In this document: one piece after another, positions 29,478-38,085 of the stretch
Position numbering within the stretch: the stretch's first letter is position 1
Layout: every line of letters begins with the position of its first letter
Source of the DNA: Bacteroidia bacterium
Lineage (GTDB): Bacteria > Bacteroidota > Bacteroidia > UKL13-3
Length of the DNA stretch: 64,000 nucleotides
Direction of reading: 5' to 3'
Assembly: GCA_044351265.1 (NCBI GenBank)
Contig: JBILGC010000003.1
Span: 22,886-86,885 of the forward strand
Notes under the pieces: model-generated
Told to the model about the DNA's origin: nothing
What the model saw: only the letters and a program-made list of their open reading frames with translations
The model's database searches: none
Made by a program: the position numbers and the translations under genes

Positions 29478-29485
29478 AAAATTAA
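29478..29485 (-). promoter_or_regulatory. Candidate Bacteroidota sigma-A -7 box (TAATTTTG) about 15 bp upstream of the GT2 start codon
   Basis: Minus-strand TAATTTTGCTATTTTCGTTGCAATG matches the TAnnTTTG consensus known for Bacteroidetes promoters. Inference only. Confidence 0.25.
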
Positions 29486-29750
29486 GGGGAAGGGAAAATT
29501 GGATTGTTGGAAGGTTATTATGGGTTGGTTATTGAAAGATAAGAGGATTGATTTTATGCCTTTATGCAGTTGAGTAGTATATAAGTTGAGTGGCTTAACA
29601 TTTAAAATTCATAACTTAGCTATTAGCCGTTCGAAGTTCAGTGTTCGAAGCTTTTTAACTTAATGTTCATCATCTAATATTTCTTCTCGTCTATCGCTTC
29701 TTTCCTCTTTCAGCAAAGGGGTCTTTCCTCTCTTATCTCGCTTCTTCCCT

Positions 29751-30245
29751 CTACTTCCCTGCAAAAGGAATATCTATGGCATCGCCCCACAATTCCTCTA
29801 CTGCATAAAACTCACGCTTCTCCTCCTGAAAAACATGCGCCACCACATCGATATAATCCAACAACACCCACTCAAGGTTTTCGTATCCTTCACGGTGCCA
29901 AGGCCATTCTTTAAATACCTTAAAAACTTCTTCTTCTACTGAATCTCCAATGGCTTCTACTTGTTTATCTGATTTTGCATGACAAATTACAAAGAAGTCG
30001 GCTGATGCTTTATCAATATTGCGCATGTCTAAAATACGAATATCCTCTGCCTTTAACTCAAACATACCCTGGGCTACAGCTTTGGCTAAAGCCATGCTGC
30101 TGTAAGTGGTAATATCTGCAACTTTCTTTGTTTTGGGTCTTTCAGCTTTAGGTTTGGTGCTTACTTTTTTTGCTGCTGTTTTTTTAGGAGCCGCTTTCTT
30201 CTTTGCGGGTTCTTTCTTCGCCATTTTTTCTATCTTTGGCTGCAA
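29751..30245 (-). CDS. rsfS: Ribosome silencing factor RsfS (Iojap family) with a K/A-rich N-terminal extension
   Basis: The core SSMALAKAVAQGMFELKAEDIRILDMRNI...FFVICHAKSDKQVEAIGDSVEE...EGYENLEWVLLDYIDVVAHVFQEEKREFYAVEELWGDA matches RsfS/Iojap. The first about 45 codons encode MAKKEPAKKKAAPKKTAAKKVSTKPKAERPKTKKV. The true start is uncertain. Confidence 0.8.
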   Translation of the reverse strand: MQPKIEKMAKKEPAKKKAAPKKTAAKKVSTKPKAERPKTKKVADITTYSSMALAKAVAQGMFELKAEDIRILDMRNIDKASADFFVICHAKSDKQVEAIGDSVEEEVFKVFKEWPWHREGYENLEWVLLDYIDVVAHVFQEEKREFYAVEELWGDAIDIPFAGK

Positions 30246-30997
30246 AGGTAAACATTTTGCACCATCACATCGGATCTTCTGTAATTTGGCTTGACGAAAC
30301 AGACTCTACCAACCGGGTAGCCAAGCAAATGGCCGAAGAAACCAGTTGTAAAGATGGTACTATAATTTGCGCACATTATCAGCAGGCTGGCAGGGGGCAA
30401 GGAGCAAATGTGTGGGAATCGGAAAAGGGGAAAAACTTAACACTAAGTGTGGTATTGTTTCCGCATGCATTAACCATACAGGAGCATCTCAGAGTAAATC
30501 TGATAATGAGTTTAGCTGTTTATGATTTTATTTCAGCTATACATCCTGAGGATATTTTTATCAAATGGCCCAATGATATTTACGCAGGTGGCAAGAAAAT
30601 TTGTGGCCTACTCATAGAAAACAGCTTACAGGGCGAACTCATTAGACAAAGCATCTGTGGTGTAGGTATTAATATCAATCAAACCGAATTTATTAATTCC
30701 AACGCAACCTCTTTGAAACAGCTTACCAAACAAAACTATCAGCTTGAATCCATACTTGCTTCATTCATACTACATTTGCAAAAGAGAATAAACTCCATGT
30801 ATACGCAGGATATGAATAAACTGATTGGCTGTTATGAAGAGGTGTTGTACCGCAAAGGGTTAGCCACCAGTTTTATGGTAAACCAAAGCCCACTCCAAGC
30901 CACGCCTATTGGGATTACAGCAGAAGGACTGCTGCGCATGCAAACACAAGATAGCCTTATCCAAATCAGACATAATGAAGTGAAATGGCTGCAATAA
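30203..30997 (+). CDS. birA: Biotin--[acetyl-CoA-carboxylase] ligase
   Basis: IWLDETDSTNRVAKQMAEE...HYQQAGRGQGANVWESEKGKNLTLSVVLFP and KWPNDIYAGGKKICGLLIE are BirA catalytic-domain motifs. The annotated ATG at 30203 would overlap the divergent rsfS start. The real start is probably a TTG/ATT codon near 30255-30262 (..ILHHHIGSSVIWLD). Confidence 0.8.
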   Translation: MRVLSSPFFLSLAAKVNILHHHIGSSVIWLDETDSTNRVAKQMAEETSCKDGTIICAHYQQAGRGQGANVWESEKGKNLTLSVVLFPHALTIQEHLRVNLIMSLAVYDFISAIHPEDIFIKWPNDIYAGGKKICGLLIENSLQGELIRQSICGVGININQTEFINSNATSLKQLTKQNYQLESILASFILHLQKRINSMYTQDMNKLIGCYEEVLYRKGLATSFMVNQSPLQATPIGITAEGLLRMQTQDSLIQIRHNEVKWLQ

Positions 30998-31713
30998 AAA
31001 ACGCTCTTATAATTGATGCCGGCAACACACATATCAAGGTGGCGCATTTTAGTGGCAATACACTTCGCTCACTAAATATCATAAATCTTGCCGATACCAA
31101 TCTGCTTTCCGAGTATATTGAAGAGGCAGATTATTGCATCATAAGTTCCGTATCCGTTTCGGCCGAAAGCCTTAAGCAGCATCTTTCACCCCTGCCCTGC
31201 ATTATTTTTTCTGCAGAAACACCGCTTCCTTTTAAAAATAATTACCAAACACCAACTACACTTGGCCCCGACAGACTTGCAGGTATTGCAGGGGCTATGT
31301 TCAGGTTTCGGGGTAAACCGACACTTGTTATTGATAGTGGCACCTGCATTACCTATGATGTACTTACTTCTGAGGGAGTTTACGTTGGAGGTGCGATATC
31401 TCCGGGTTTGCATATGAGGCTGCAGGCCATGCAAACTTTTACACAGCGCCTGCCCTTACCAGACTGGCATTTGCCTGAAACATTTACAGGAAACAATACC
31501 GCAGACTGCCTGCTTGCCGGAGCCTACTTTGGCCTGGCAGATGAAATAAACGGACGCATAGGTCGCTATGAACAACGTTACAGCGGATTACAAACCCTGC
31601 TTTGCGGTGGTGATGCAGGCATTTTGCAGAAACAGCTAAAAAATAACATATTTGTTGCCCCCAATCTTGTGTTGGAAGGATTAAACCAAATACTTTATTT
31701 CAATGTTAAGTAA
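30985..31713 (+). CDS. coaX: Type III pantothenate kinase
   Basis: N-terminus ALIIDAGNTHIKVAHF, the ASKHA fold and length (242 aa) fit CoaX. Overlaps the birA stop, matching the common birA-coaX arrangement. Confidence 0.85.
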   Translation: MAAIKNALIIDAGNTHIKVAHFSGNTLRSLNIINLADTNLLSEYIEEADYCIISSVSVSAESLKQHLSPLPCIIFSAETPLPFKNNYQTPTTLGPDRLAGIAGAMFRFRGKPTLVIDSGTCITYDVLTSEGVYVGGAISPGLHMRLQAMQTFTQRLPLPDWHLPETFTGNNTADCLLAGAYFGLADEINGRIGRYEQRYSGLQTLLCGGDAGILQKQLKNNIFVAPNLVLEGLNQILYFNVK

Positions 31714-32971
31714 AGCCCTCAGGCTATTTTTGCTTGCACAATGTTTGGCTTTTGCAGCAATGTCACAAAATTTTACACGTTCGCCTTATTCTGCATTTGG
31801 CATTGGAGAACTTCATTTTGGTGGCACCGTTAAACAAGCAGGCATGGGCCAGCTGAGTTTAACATTAAATAACCCATTTGAAATAAATGCAACCAACTCT
31901 GCTTCTTATGGAAGCCTCTTGCAAACAGTTATTGAAGCCGGAGCTGAATACAGCAGCGGTTCTTTAAGCACTACCGCAACATCATCGCCTGCAGAGAGTT
32001 ATTCCTTCAGCTATTTTAGGCTGGCATTTCCTGTTTCCTACAAACTTAAATGGGGATTTGGATTTGGATTGGACCCTTACAGCAATACTGGCTATGATGT
32101 AAGCAGCCAAGCGGTATTCAGCGATTACACTGCAACCATCAAACAAAAAGGTGTTGGTGGGTTAACACGTTTTTACGGTGGAACAGGCATTGCTCTGTTT
32201 AAAGGCTTTTCTGCAGGTGTGCAGGCCTCTTATATTTTCGGTACGCTGGAGAATGTGCAATCACTTATTATTCCGGCTCAATACAAACGGTTTAATCTGG
32301 AAAATCAGAATAGAATTATTGCTGGAGATTTTCAGTTTCAATACAGCTTTCAGTATCAGCATAACCTAAAAGATACCAACTACCGCGTAATTATTGGCGG
32401 AAGTATGACTCAGCAAAGCAATATGAGCGCAAAACGTGAATTTTTTGCGAAGTCGATGGGTATTGGCGGGTTGATTGGTGTGGTTGATACCATTGATTAT
32501 CAAAATAATATTTCAGGTGATATTATATTACCAGCCTCTTATGGATTAGGAATTGGCCTGCATAAAAAAGACAAATGGTTTGCAGGTGCAGAAGCAAACT
32601 ATACACAATGGAGCGACTATCGTATTTTTGGTTCAAGCGATTCTTTGTTTAACTCTTTTGGCATAAATGCAGGTGGTTATTGGGTACCGAATTACCTCGA
32701 CTTTAAAAATTATTTCAGCAGGGTTGAATACCGTGCAGGTATAAGATACGACTATGGCAGCCTCAAAATTGATGGAGAAAATATTGGCAACATAGGACTA
32801 TCCGTTGGACTTGGACTACCGCTGGGAAAAACCAGAAATAAATTAAATCTGGGTTTTGAATACCTTATGCGCGGAACCACCAAAGCCGGACTTATTCAAG
32901 AAGAGTATTTCCGTTTTACCCTTGGCATTTCTGTAAGTGATAAATGGTTTACACGCTATAAGTATGATTAA
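31703..32971 (+). CDS. Uncharacterised outer-membrane beta-barrel protein
   Basis: Signal peptide MLSKALRLFLLAQCLAFAAMSQ. 422 aa, Gly/aromatic-rich with alternating pattern. Ends ...WFTRYKYD. Overlaps the coaX stop and the lptC-like start. Confidence 0.4.
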   Translation: MLSKALRLFLLAQCLAFAAMSQNFTRSPYSAFGIGELHFGGTVKQAGMGQLSLTLNNPFEINATNSASYGSLLQTVIEAGAEYSSGSLSTTATSSPAESYSFSYFRLAFPVSYKLKWGFGFGLDPYSNTGYDVSSQAVFSDYTATIKQKGVGGLTRFYGGTGIALFKGFSAGVQASYIFGTLENVQSLIIPAQYKRFNLENQNRIIAGDFQFQYSFQYQHNLKDTNYRVIIGGSMTQQSNMSAKREFFAKSMGIGGLIGVVDTIDYQNNISGDIILPASYGLGIGLHKKDKWFAGAEANYTQWSDYRIFGSSDSLFNSFGINAGGYWVPNYLDFKNYFSRVEYRAGIRYDYGSLKIDGENIGNIGLSVGLGLPLGKTRNKLNLGFEYLMRGTTKAGLIQEEYFRFTLGISVSDKWFTRYKYD

Positions 32972-33506
32972 ACATGTGCTATATGCAGTGCTGATTATCC
33001 TTGCTATATCCTGCAGTGTTGATGATGCTGAGAGGGTTAAAGTTATGACCGACAGGCGAAACATGCCTTTGGAAACAGGTAAGAATATGGTTATTCACTA
33101 CACGGATTCAGGCTATGTTAAGGCTAAAATTTTTGCTCCGATTATGGAAAGATATGCCAATGAAGAAAGGAATGAAACAGTAATGAAGCAAGGCATGACG
33201 GCCTACTTTTTGAACAAGAATAAAAAAGTAGAAAGCTATCTTAAATCAAAGTATGCTATCCGCCAAGATCGTGAGCGAAAAATGGTGGCAAGCGATGATG
33301 TTATATTAGTGAACAATAAAGGAGATACCTTAAGAACAGAATTATTGACTTGGGATGAAAGTACCCAAAAAATTTATACCGATAAATTTATACGCATCAC
33401 CACACCCGAGCAAATTATTTTAGGCGATGGCCTTGAATCCAACACAGAGTTTACGGAATATAAGATTTTTAAAATCAGAGGAACCATTAGCTTAAAGAAA
33501 CAATGA
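32937..33506 (+). CDS. lptC: LPS export system protein LptC-like (membrane-anchored periplasmic OstA-like beta-jellyroll)
   Basis: N-terminal membrane anchor HVLYAVLIILAISC. A 170-aa beta-rich periplasmic domain ending ...YKIFKIRGTISLKKQ. Size and topology fit LptC. The assignment is by architecture and Bacteroidota synteny with coaX. Confidence 0.5.
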   Translation: MINGLHAISMIKHVLYAVLIILAISCSVDDAERVKVMTDRRNMPLETGKNMVIHYTDSGYVKAKIFAPIMERYANEERNETVMKQGMTAYFLNKNKKVESYLKSKYAIRQDRERKMVASDDVILVNNKGDTLRTELLTWDESTQKIYTDKFIRITTPEQIILGDGLESNTEFTEYKIFKIRGTISLKKQ

Positions 33507-33682
33507 AACGCATTATTTTCTATAACTGGCTTGTTCTGGCAATTGCATCATTTCTGGTTGGTATTTACATCAGTATTTTTGAGCATGTATTAAAGGATAA
33601 GGGCTATTTGTATTTTATAATTGCTTTGCTATTTGGTGTAATATTTTATTACCGCAGAAAAAAGGGTGATGGCAAGCAATAG
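33503..33682 (+). CDS. Small 59-aa two-helix membrane protein, start overlapping the lptC stop (ATGA); absent from the ORF track because it is under 60 aa
   Basis: My own translation: MKRIIFYNWLVLAIASFLVGIYISIFEHVLKDKGYLYFIIALLFGVIFYYRRKKGDGKQ. It has two hydrophobic segments separated by a charged loop and a basic C-terminus. Confidence 0.4.
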   Translation: MKRIIFYNWLVLAIASFLVGIYISIFEHVLKDKGYLYFIIALLFGVIFYYRRKKGDGKQ

Positions 33683-33709
33683 TGATTAATTGAGGCACTT
33701 ATCCTATTT

Positions 33710-34978
33710 TTGAAACTCATGGATTCAAACACCATTCTTATCATCACGATCAGTATTCTTATTTCTGCATTTTTTTCAGGAATTGAAATTGCATTTATTA
33801 CAGCCAATAAGTTACTAATTGAATTAAAGAACAAGCAAGGCAGCCTGTCAGCTAAAATACTTTCACCCTTTGTAAGTAATCCTTCCCGCTTTATAAGCAC
33901 TACGCTTGTTGGCAACAATCTTGGATTGGTTTTGTATGGCATATACATGGCTGCATTTCTGGATCCCATACTGCATGAGTTATTGCCAGGTATTGCAGAG
34001 AAAAAGTTCCTGCTTCTACTTATTTCAACCGTAGTATCTACTATTATTGTTTTGGTAATGGGCGAGTTTATTCCAAAGGCATTGTTCAGAATAAATCCTG
34101 ATATTGTATTGCGTTTACTAGCTGTGCCTTTCCTGCTTACTTATTATTTGTTTTGGCCACTGGTGCATTTTATTACATGGTTGGCTAAATTCATTCTCAA
34201 TAATCTGTTTAAACTCAACTTCACCGAAAATACTCCTGTTTTTAGCAAGGTTGATTTGGATCAATACATTTCTGATAGTGTAGAAGACCTAGATGAAGAT
34301 GCAGATGTAGATACAGAGATTTTTAAGAATGCACTTGATTTTGCCAATGTAAAAGTTCGCGACTGCATGACCCCGCGAACAGAACTGGTTAGTATGAGTA
34401 TACAAGGAAGCGTTGAAGAATTGTATAAGAAATTTGTTGATACCGGTCTTTCAAAAATTCTGATTCATAACAATAATGTAGATCATATTATCGGTTATGT
34501 GCATCAGAAAGATCTGTTTAAAAAACCCCAGACGATTCGTTCTATTTTGATTCCAATTGAGATTGCAACCGAAACAATGGCTGCTAATGAATTGCTAAAT
34601 ATCTTTACCCGCTCTAGAAAAAGTATTGCACTGGTAGTTGATGAGTTAGGTGTTACGGCAGGTATTGTTACCATTGAAGATATAATGGAGGAAATTTTTG
34701 GTGAGATTGAAGATGAGCACGATGTGGAACAACTTACCGAGAAACAGTTGGCAGAAAAGGAATATTTATTTAATGCCCGACTTGAGATAGACTACCTCAA
34801 CGATAAGTACAATCTACACATACCCGAAGGTGATTACCAAACGCTGGGCGGATACATTCTTGCCAAATATGAAAATATACCTAGACGCGGAGAAATCATA
34901 GAAATAGATAAGTTTGAATTTACTATTGTTTCTACAGATAAAACAAAATTGGTGGATGTTCGCCTGCGCATCAGGTAA
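33710..34978 (+). CDS. CNNM/DUF21-CBS-CorC_HlyC family transporter (hemolysin/GldE-like)
   Basis: An N-terminal 4-TM DUF21 domain, a CBS pair (about residues 215-330) and a C-terminal CorC/HlyC transporter-associated domain (EIIEIDKFEFTIVSTDKTKLVDVRLRI). 422 aa. Confidence 0.8.
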   Translation: MKLMDSNTILIITISILISAFFSGIEIAFITANKLLIELKNKQGSLSAKILSPFVSNPSRFISTTLVGNNLGLVLYGIYMAAFLDPILHELLPGIAEKKFLLLLISTVVSTIIVLVMGEFIPKALFRINPDIVLRLLAVPFLLTYYLFWPLVHFITWLAKFILNNLFKLNFTENTPVFSKVDLDQYISDSVEDLDEDADVDTEIFKNALDFANVKVRDCMTPRTELVSMSIQGSVEELYKKFVDTGLSKILIHNNNVDHIIGYVHQKDLFKKPQTIRSILIPIEIATETMAANELLNIFTRSRKSIALVVDELGVTAGIVTIEDIMEEIFGEIEDEHDVEQLTEKQLAEKEYLFNARLEIDYLNDKYNLHIPEGDYQTLGGYILAKYENIPRRGEIIEIDKFEFTIVSTDKTKLVDVRLRIR

Positions 34979-35014
34979 TGAATTCACCGCATTTCTAAAC
35001 GCAAATTGTGATAT

Positions 35015-36067
35015 TTAGTTAAGCAGTTGATATTCGAAACGTGGGGATCCCTTGTTTCCATTATCATCATAAAAATCTAGAAAACGTAACTTATATACCA
35101 GGTATGGCGAATTCCTGTAGCGTAAGAAATAGTTAATATATGTTCTGGTTCTGTATCGAACACCGTTAGGTGTAAAATCAGGATACTTCCATTCAAACCC
35201 GATTTGATCCCTATCATTCAAATAACAAAGAGCAGGATTGAGGGAATGATTAAATTTAATATCATAAAACGTAAGCGTACTGTCTATAGCCGCATCAAGT
35301 ATTCTTCTATTTAGATGAACACCTGTAACCTGATAGAGCAAGGGTGGATTAAATTCATAATAAATCCAACGGTATCGTAAGAATTTAAAATGCCAATTAT
35401 GTATAGGCGGCTCAAAATTATAATAAGTGCCTCCGTTATCGAATGAAAAATAAACCAGCATTTTCTCAGGAGACTTATAAATATTAGTTTCCTTAATGAA
35501 TCTACCTGACATATCCGCCACTGAGATAACATACTTCTGAGGAGTAACAGCAATTATTTTAAACTTAAAAATGTTATCGGGACTGCTTGAGCCCTTTCCC
35601 CTATCTACAACATAAACACTATCGAAAGTTTTGCGACTATGCCTATTACACCAATGGCTTAGTGCAAGAGAGTCCGGATTACCGGAGGCCTCATCCCATC
35701 GCCAATTTAGCTCAGAATAGTTTGTAACAGTAGAAAAATCAGTGCTGCCTGTATTTGCAACCAATACATTCTTGCCCCCATTTATATAAATAGCAAAACC
35801 TTCAGGTGCTGCATCAAAACTTAAATCCCAAGAATTATTATCTACAGACTGAACAATTCCTGAGTCAAGGTTAATATAAACCTGCTTGTCATACTCAGTG
35901 CCTAAATCAACACTCATCATGCGCACATCAAGATCTCTGGGAGGTAATTTAACAGGCGCCTCTTCTTTCTCACATGATGAAATAAACATCATCATTGCCA
36001 ATATGTATGTGATATATCTTAATAATATCATTCTCTGTCTATACTTAATTGATACTGAATTGCACAA
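35015..36067 (-). CDS. HmuY-like heme-binding lipoprotein
   Basis: Lipoprotein signal ...MMMFISSC. The motif NNSWDLSFDAAPEGFAIYINGG resembles the HmuY-family WDLAF region. Immediately downstream of, and overlapping, a TonB-dependent receptor gene. Confidence 0.5.
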   Translation of the reverse strand: MCNSVSIKYRQRMILLRYITYILAMMMFISSCEKEEAPVKLPPRDLDVRMMSVDLGTEYDKQVYINLDSGIVQSVDNNSWDLSFDAAPEGFAIYINGGKNVLVANTGSTDFSTVTNYSELNWRWDEASGNPDSLALSHWCNRHSRKTFDSVYVVDRGKGSSSPDNIFKFKIIAVTPQKYVISVADMSGRFIKETNIYKSPEKMLVYFSFDNGGTYYNFEPPIHNWHFKFLRYRWIYYEFNPPLLYQVTGVHLNRRILDAAIDSTLTFYDIKFNHSLNPALCYLNDRDQIGFEWKYPDFTPNGVRYRTRTYINYFLRYRNSPYLVYKLRFLDFYDDNGNKGSPRFEYQLLN

Positions 36068-38085
36068 AAGTAGGTTCTACCCATAGACACAGCAGCATTA
36101 TTGCCTGCCGGTGCATGCGGACCTGCAGCTAAACTAGCTTGAACATTGAGCACATCCAACATATTTTTTACACCTGTTTGAATGGTAAGTTTTTGATTAA
36201 AGAAACTTCTGCTTGCAGTAAGATCAAGCAAAGTAAATCCATCAATAAAACCCGTTTTAACTTCGCCATCTGTAATATTGTATTGAAACAGCTGCATAAG
36301 TGAATTATATTTACAGAACAATGCAACCTGCATTTTAATTTTTTTAATGAGATACCTTGCATTGCATCGATACTCATGATTTGTAAAATATTTGTCAGTA
36401 GCAATCATATTGGTAAATGTGTTGTTGATACCGATTAGCGCATAGCCCAAGCTAACAGCATAATCAGGTGCTACATATTCTGCCGTAATATTAGTCCCGA
36501 CATTTCTGAAATCGCTAATGGATGTGTAGCATGCCTCCAAGGTATTGCTGTTTAACAGAACTAAATCTATTTTATTAAATATTTCATTGTAAAATAGTGC
36601 AACATCAACTTTTAGCATGTTTTCTTCTAACAGATGCTGGTGGGTTAAACTTAGCTGATAGTTATTTTGGGTTTCGGCCTTCAAATCCGGATTGCCCTTT
36701 ATATTGTGAGCAGGGTCAGTAAAGTTTAAGTAAAGCTCTTTAAGTGTTGGCGATCGGAAACCCCTGCCGAAAGATGCACGAAGGCTTAAATCCGAGCGAA
36801 TATCCCACTTGAGATTTAACGATGGAATAATTGGGGCCTGATACTTACTGTTATAGGTTAAGCGCATTCCTGGCCTTAGAAGTAGCCGCTGGAAAAACTT
36901 TAATTCCATGCTTGCAAAACCACTTATATCGGTTAAAGATTGTGTACCATTGGAAATACGATTGCCGGTAAACTGATCATAGGTTGTTTCATAGCCCAAC
37001 TGATAATTATATTTAGCCTTATCCTTATTTCGGGAGAATGTTCCCCTGCTCATAACATTCTTAAAGTAACCTGTATCCTGCAGGTGGGCCTCAGGCACCA
37101 GATTTTCCTGTAGTGTAACAAGATCTTTTCTGGTGGTATTTACAATTCGTCTGTAATGGTTATATGCAGCCACAATATGCAGGGAGTGGTTGCTAAAAAG
37201 TTTTTGCTCATAAAATGCAGCGGTTGATATCCTTCTTGTATAATAGTACTGATCTATTCCGTAAGCGCTGTAAGGCGTAATGGTGCCGGAATCCCTATTG
37301 GTTACTTTCTCATCAAAAATACTTCCGGTTATCCTGAGCGATGAATGGGTAAACTTTTTAGAAATGCTCAAATCTCCAAAATACTGTGTGCGTGGTTTCC
37401 AAAGTTTTACCCTCGAATCCTCATTTTGAGCAAAGCCGTCAAAAAAATTTCTTGATCCATTTACCTCCAATCTCCATTCTCTGTTGAGATAGATACTTGT
37501 AAACAAATTGAGATTATACTGGCCGATATTCTCATAATAGGCTTTGGCCCCCAGCTGGTCATGAGGCTTGTATGATTTTTTTGTAATCAGATTAATGACA
37601 CCGCCCAATGCATCTGTTCCAAAACTCACACTCATGGGGCCCTCTACTACTTCTATTCGTTCAATATTGTTTAAGTTAAGTTGATTGAGGTCGATAAAAT
37701 TCCCTTCGCGCCCCACAACAGGCACTCCATCAATCATAATTTTTATGTTCTGACCATTAATGCCTTGAATACTCAAACCGCTTCCCAATGCAGGGTCGTT
37801 GTTAATGCGCACATTCAGTTCATTGTTCAATAAATCACGAAGGTTGACGGCACCTTGCTGCTCAATTCTTTTTTGCCCGATTACTTTTACCCTGTAAACC
37901 GATTGCGAAAGAGAGTTTTCTGCATATTGCCCCGTTATCACTACATCTTCCAGTTGCTTACTTTTTGAGGCATCTGGCTGTTGTGCCATTAAAGGTACAA
38001 AAACAACAAACACCATGCAAAACATGGTGAGTGTCATTTTTAACCTATATGAAAAATTATATTTCAACCGGAATTTACTCCACAA
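36028..38085 (-). CDS. TonB-dependent outer-membrane receptor (HmuR-like heme/hemoprotein receptor candidate)
   Basis: Signal peptide. TonB box/plug DVVITGQYAENS...RIEVVEGPMSVSFGTDALGGVINLITKK. 685 aa with a 22-strand barrel length. Ends in an aromatic-containing terminal strand. Confidence 0.85.
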   Translation of the reverse strand: MWSKFRLKYNFSYRLKMTLTMFCMVFVVFVPLMAQQPDASKSKQLEDVVITGQYAENSLSQSVYRVKVIGQKRIEQQGAVNLRDLLNNELNVRINNDPALGSGLSIQGINGQNIKIMIDGVPVVGREGNFIDLNQLNLNNIERIEVVEGPMSVSFGTDALGGVINLITKKSYKPHDQLGAKAYYENIGQYNLNLFTSIYLNREWRLEVNGSRNFFDGFAQNEDSRVKLWKPRTQYFGDLSISKKFTHSSLRITGSIFDEKVTNRDSGTITPYSAYGIDQYYYTRRISTAAFYEQKLFSNHSLHIVAAYNHYRRIVNTTRKDLVTLQENLVPEAHLQDTGYFKNVMSRGTFSRNKDKAKYNYQLGYETTYDQFTGNRISNGTQSLTDISGFASMELKFFQRLLLRPGMRLTYNSKYQAPIIPSLNLKWDIRSDLSLRASFGRGFRSPTLKELYLNFTDPAHNIKGNPDLKAETQNNYQLSLTHQHLLEENMLKVDVALFYNEIFNKIDLVLLNSNTLEACYTSISDFRNVGTNITAEYVAPDYAVSLGYALIGINNTFTNMIATDKYFTNHEYRCNARYLIKKIKMQVALFCKYNSLMQLFQYNITDGEVKTGFIDGFTLLDLTASRSFFNQKLTIQTGVKNMLDVLNVQASLAAGPHAPAGNNAAVSMGRTYFCAIQYQLSIDRE

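Noticed and set aside
33649-33969. A 106-aa minus-strand ORF overlapping the 5' end of the CNNM/CorC gene
   Set aside because: It overlaps a well-supported plus-strand gene and the newly noted 59-aa ORF. It has no motif. It is likely a shadow ORF.
33710-34978. Possibility that the CNNM/CorC-HlyC gene is gliding-motility gldE
   Set aside because: GldE belongs to this family, but there is no adjacent gldD-like lipoprotein and no other gld genes in the window. It was kept as a generic CNNM/CorC-HlyC transporter.
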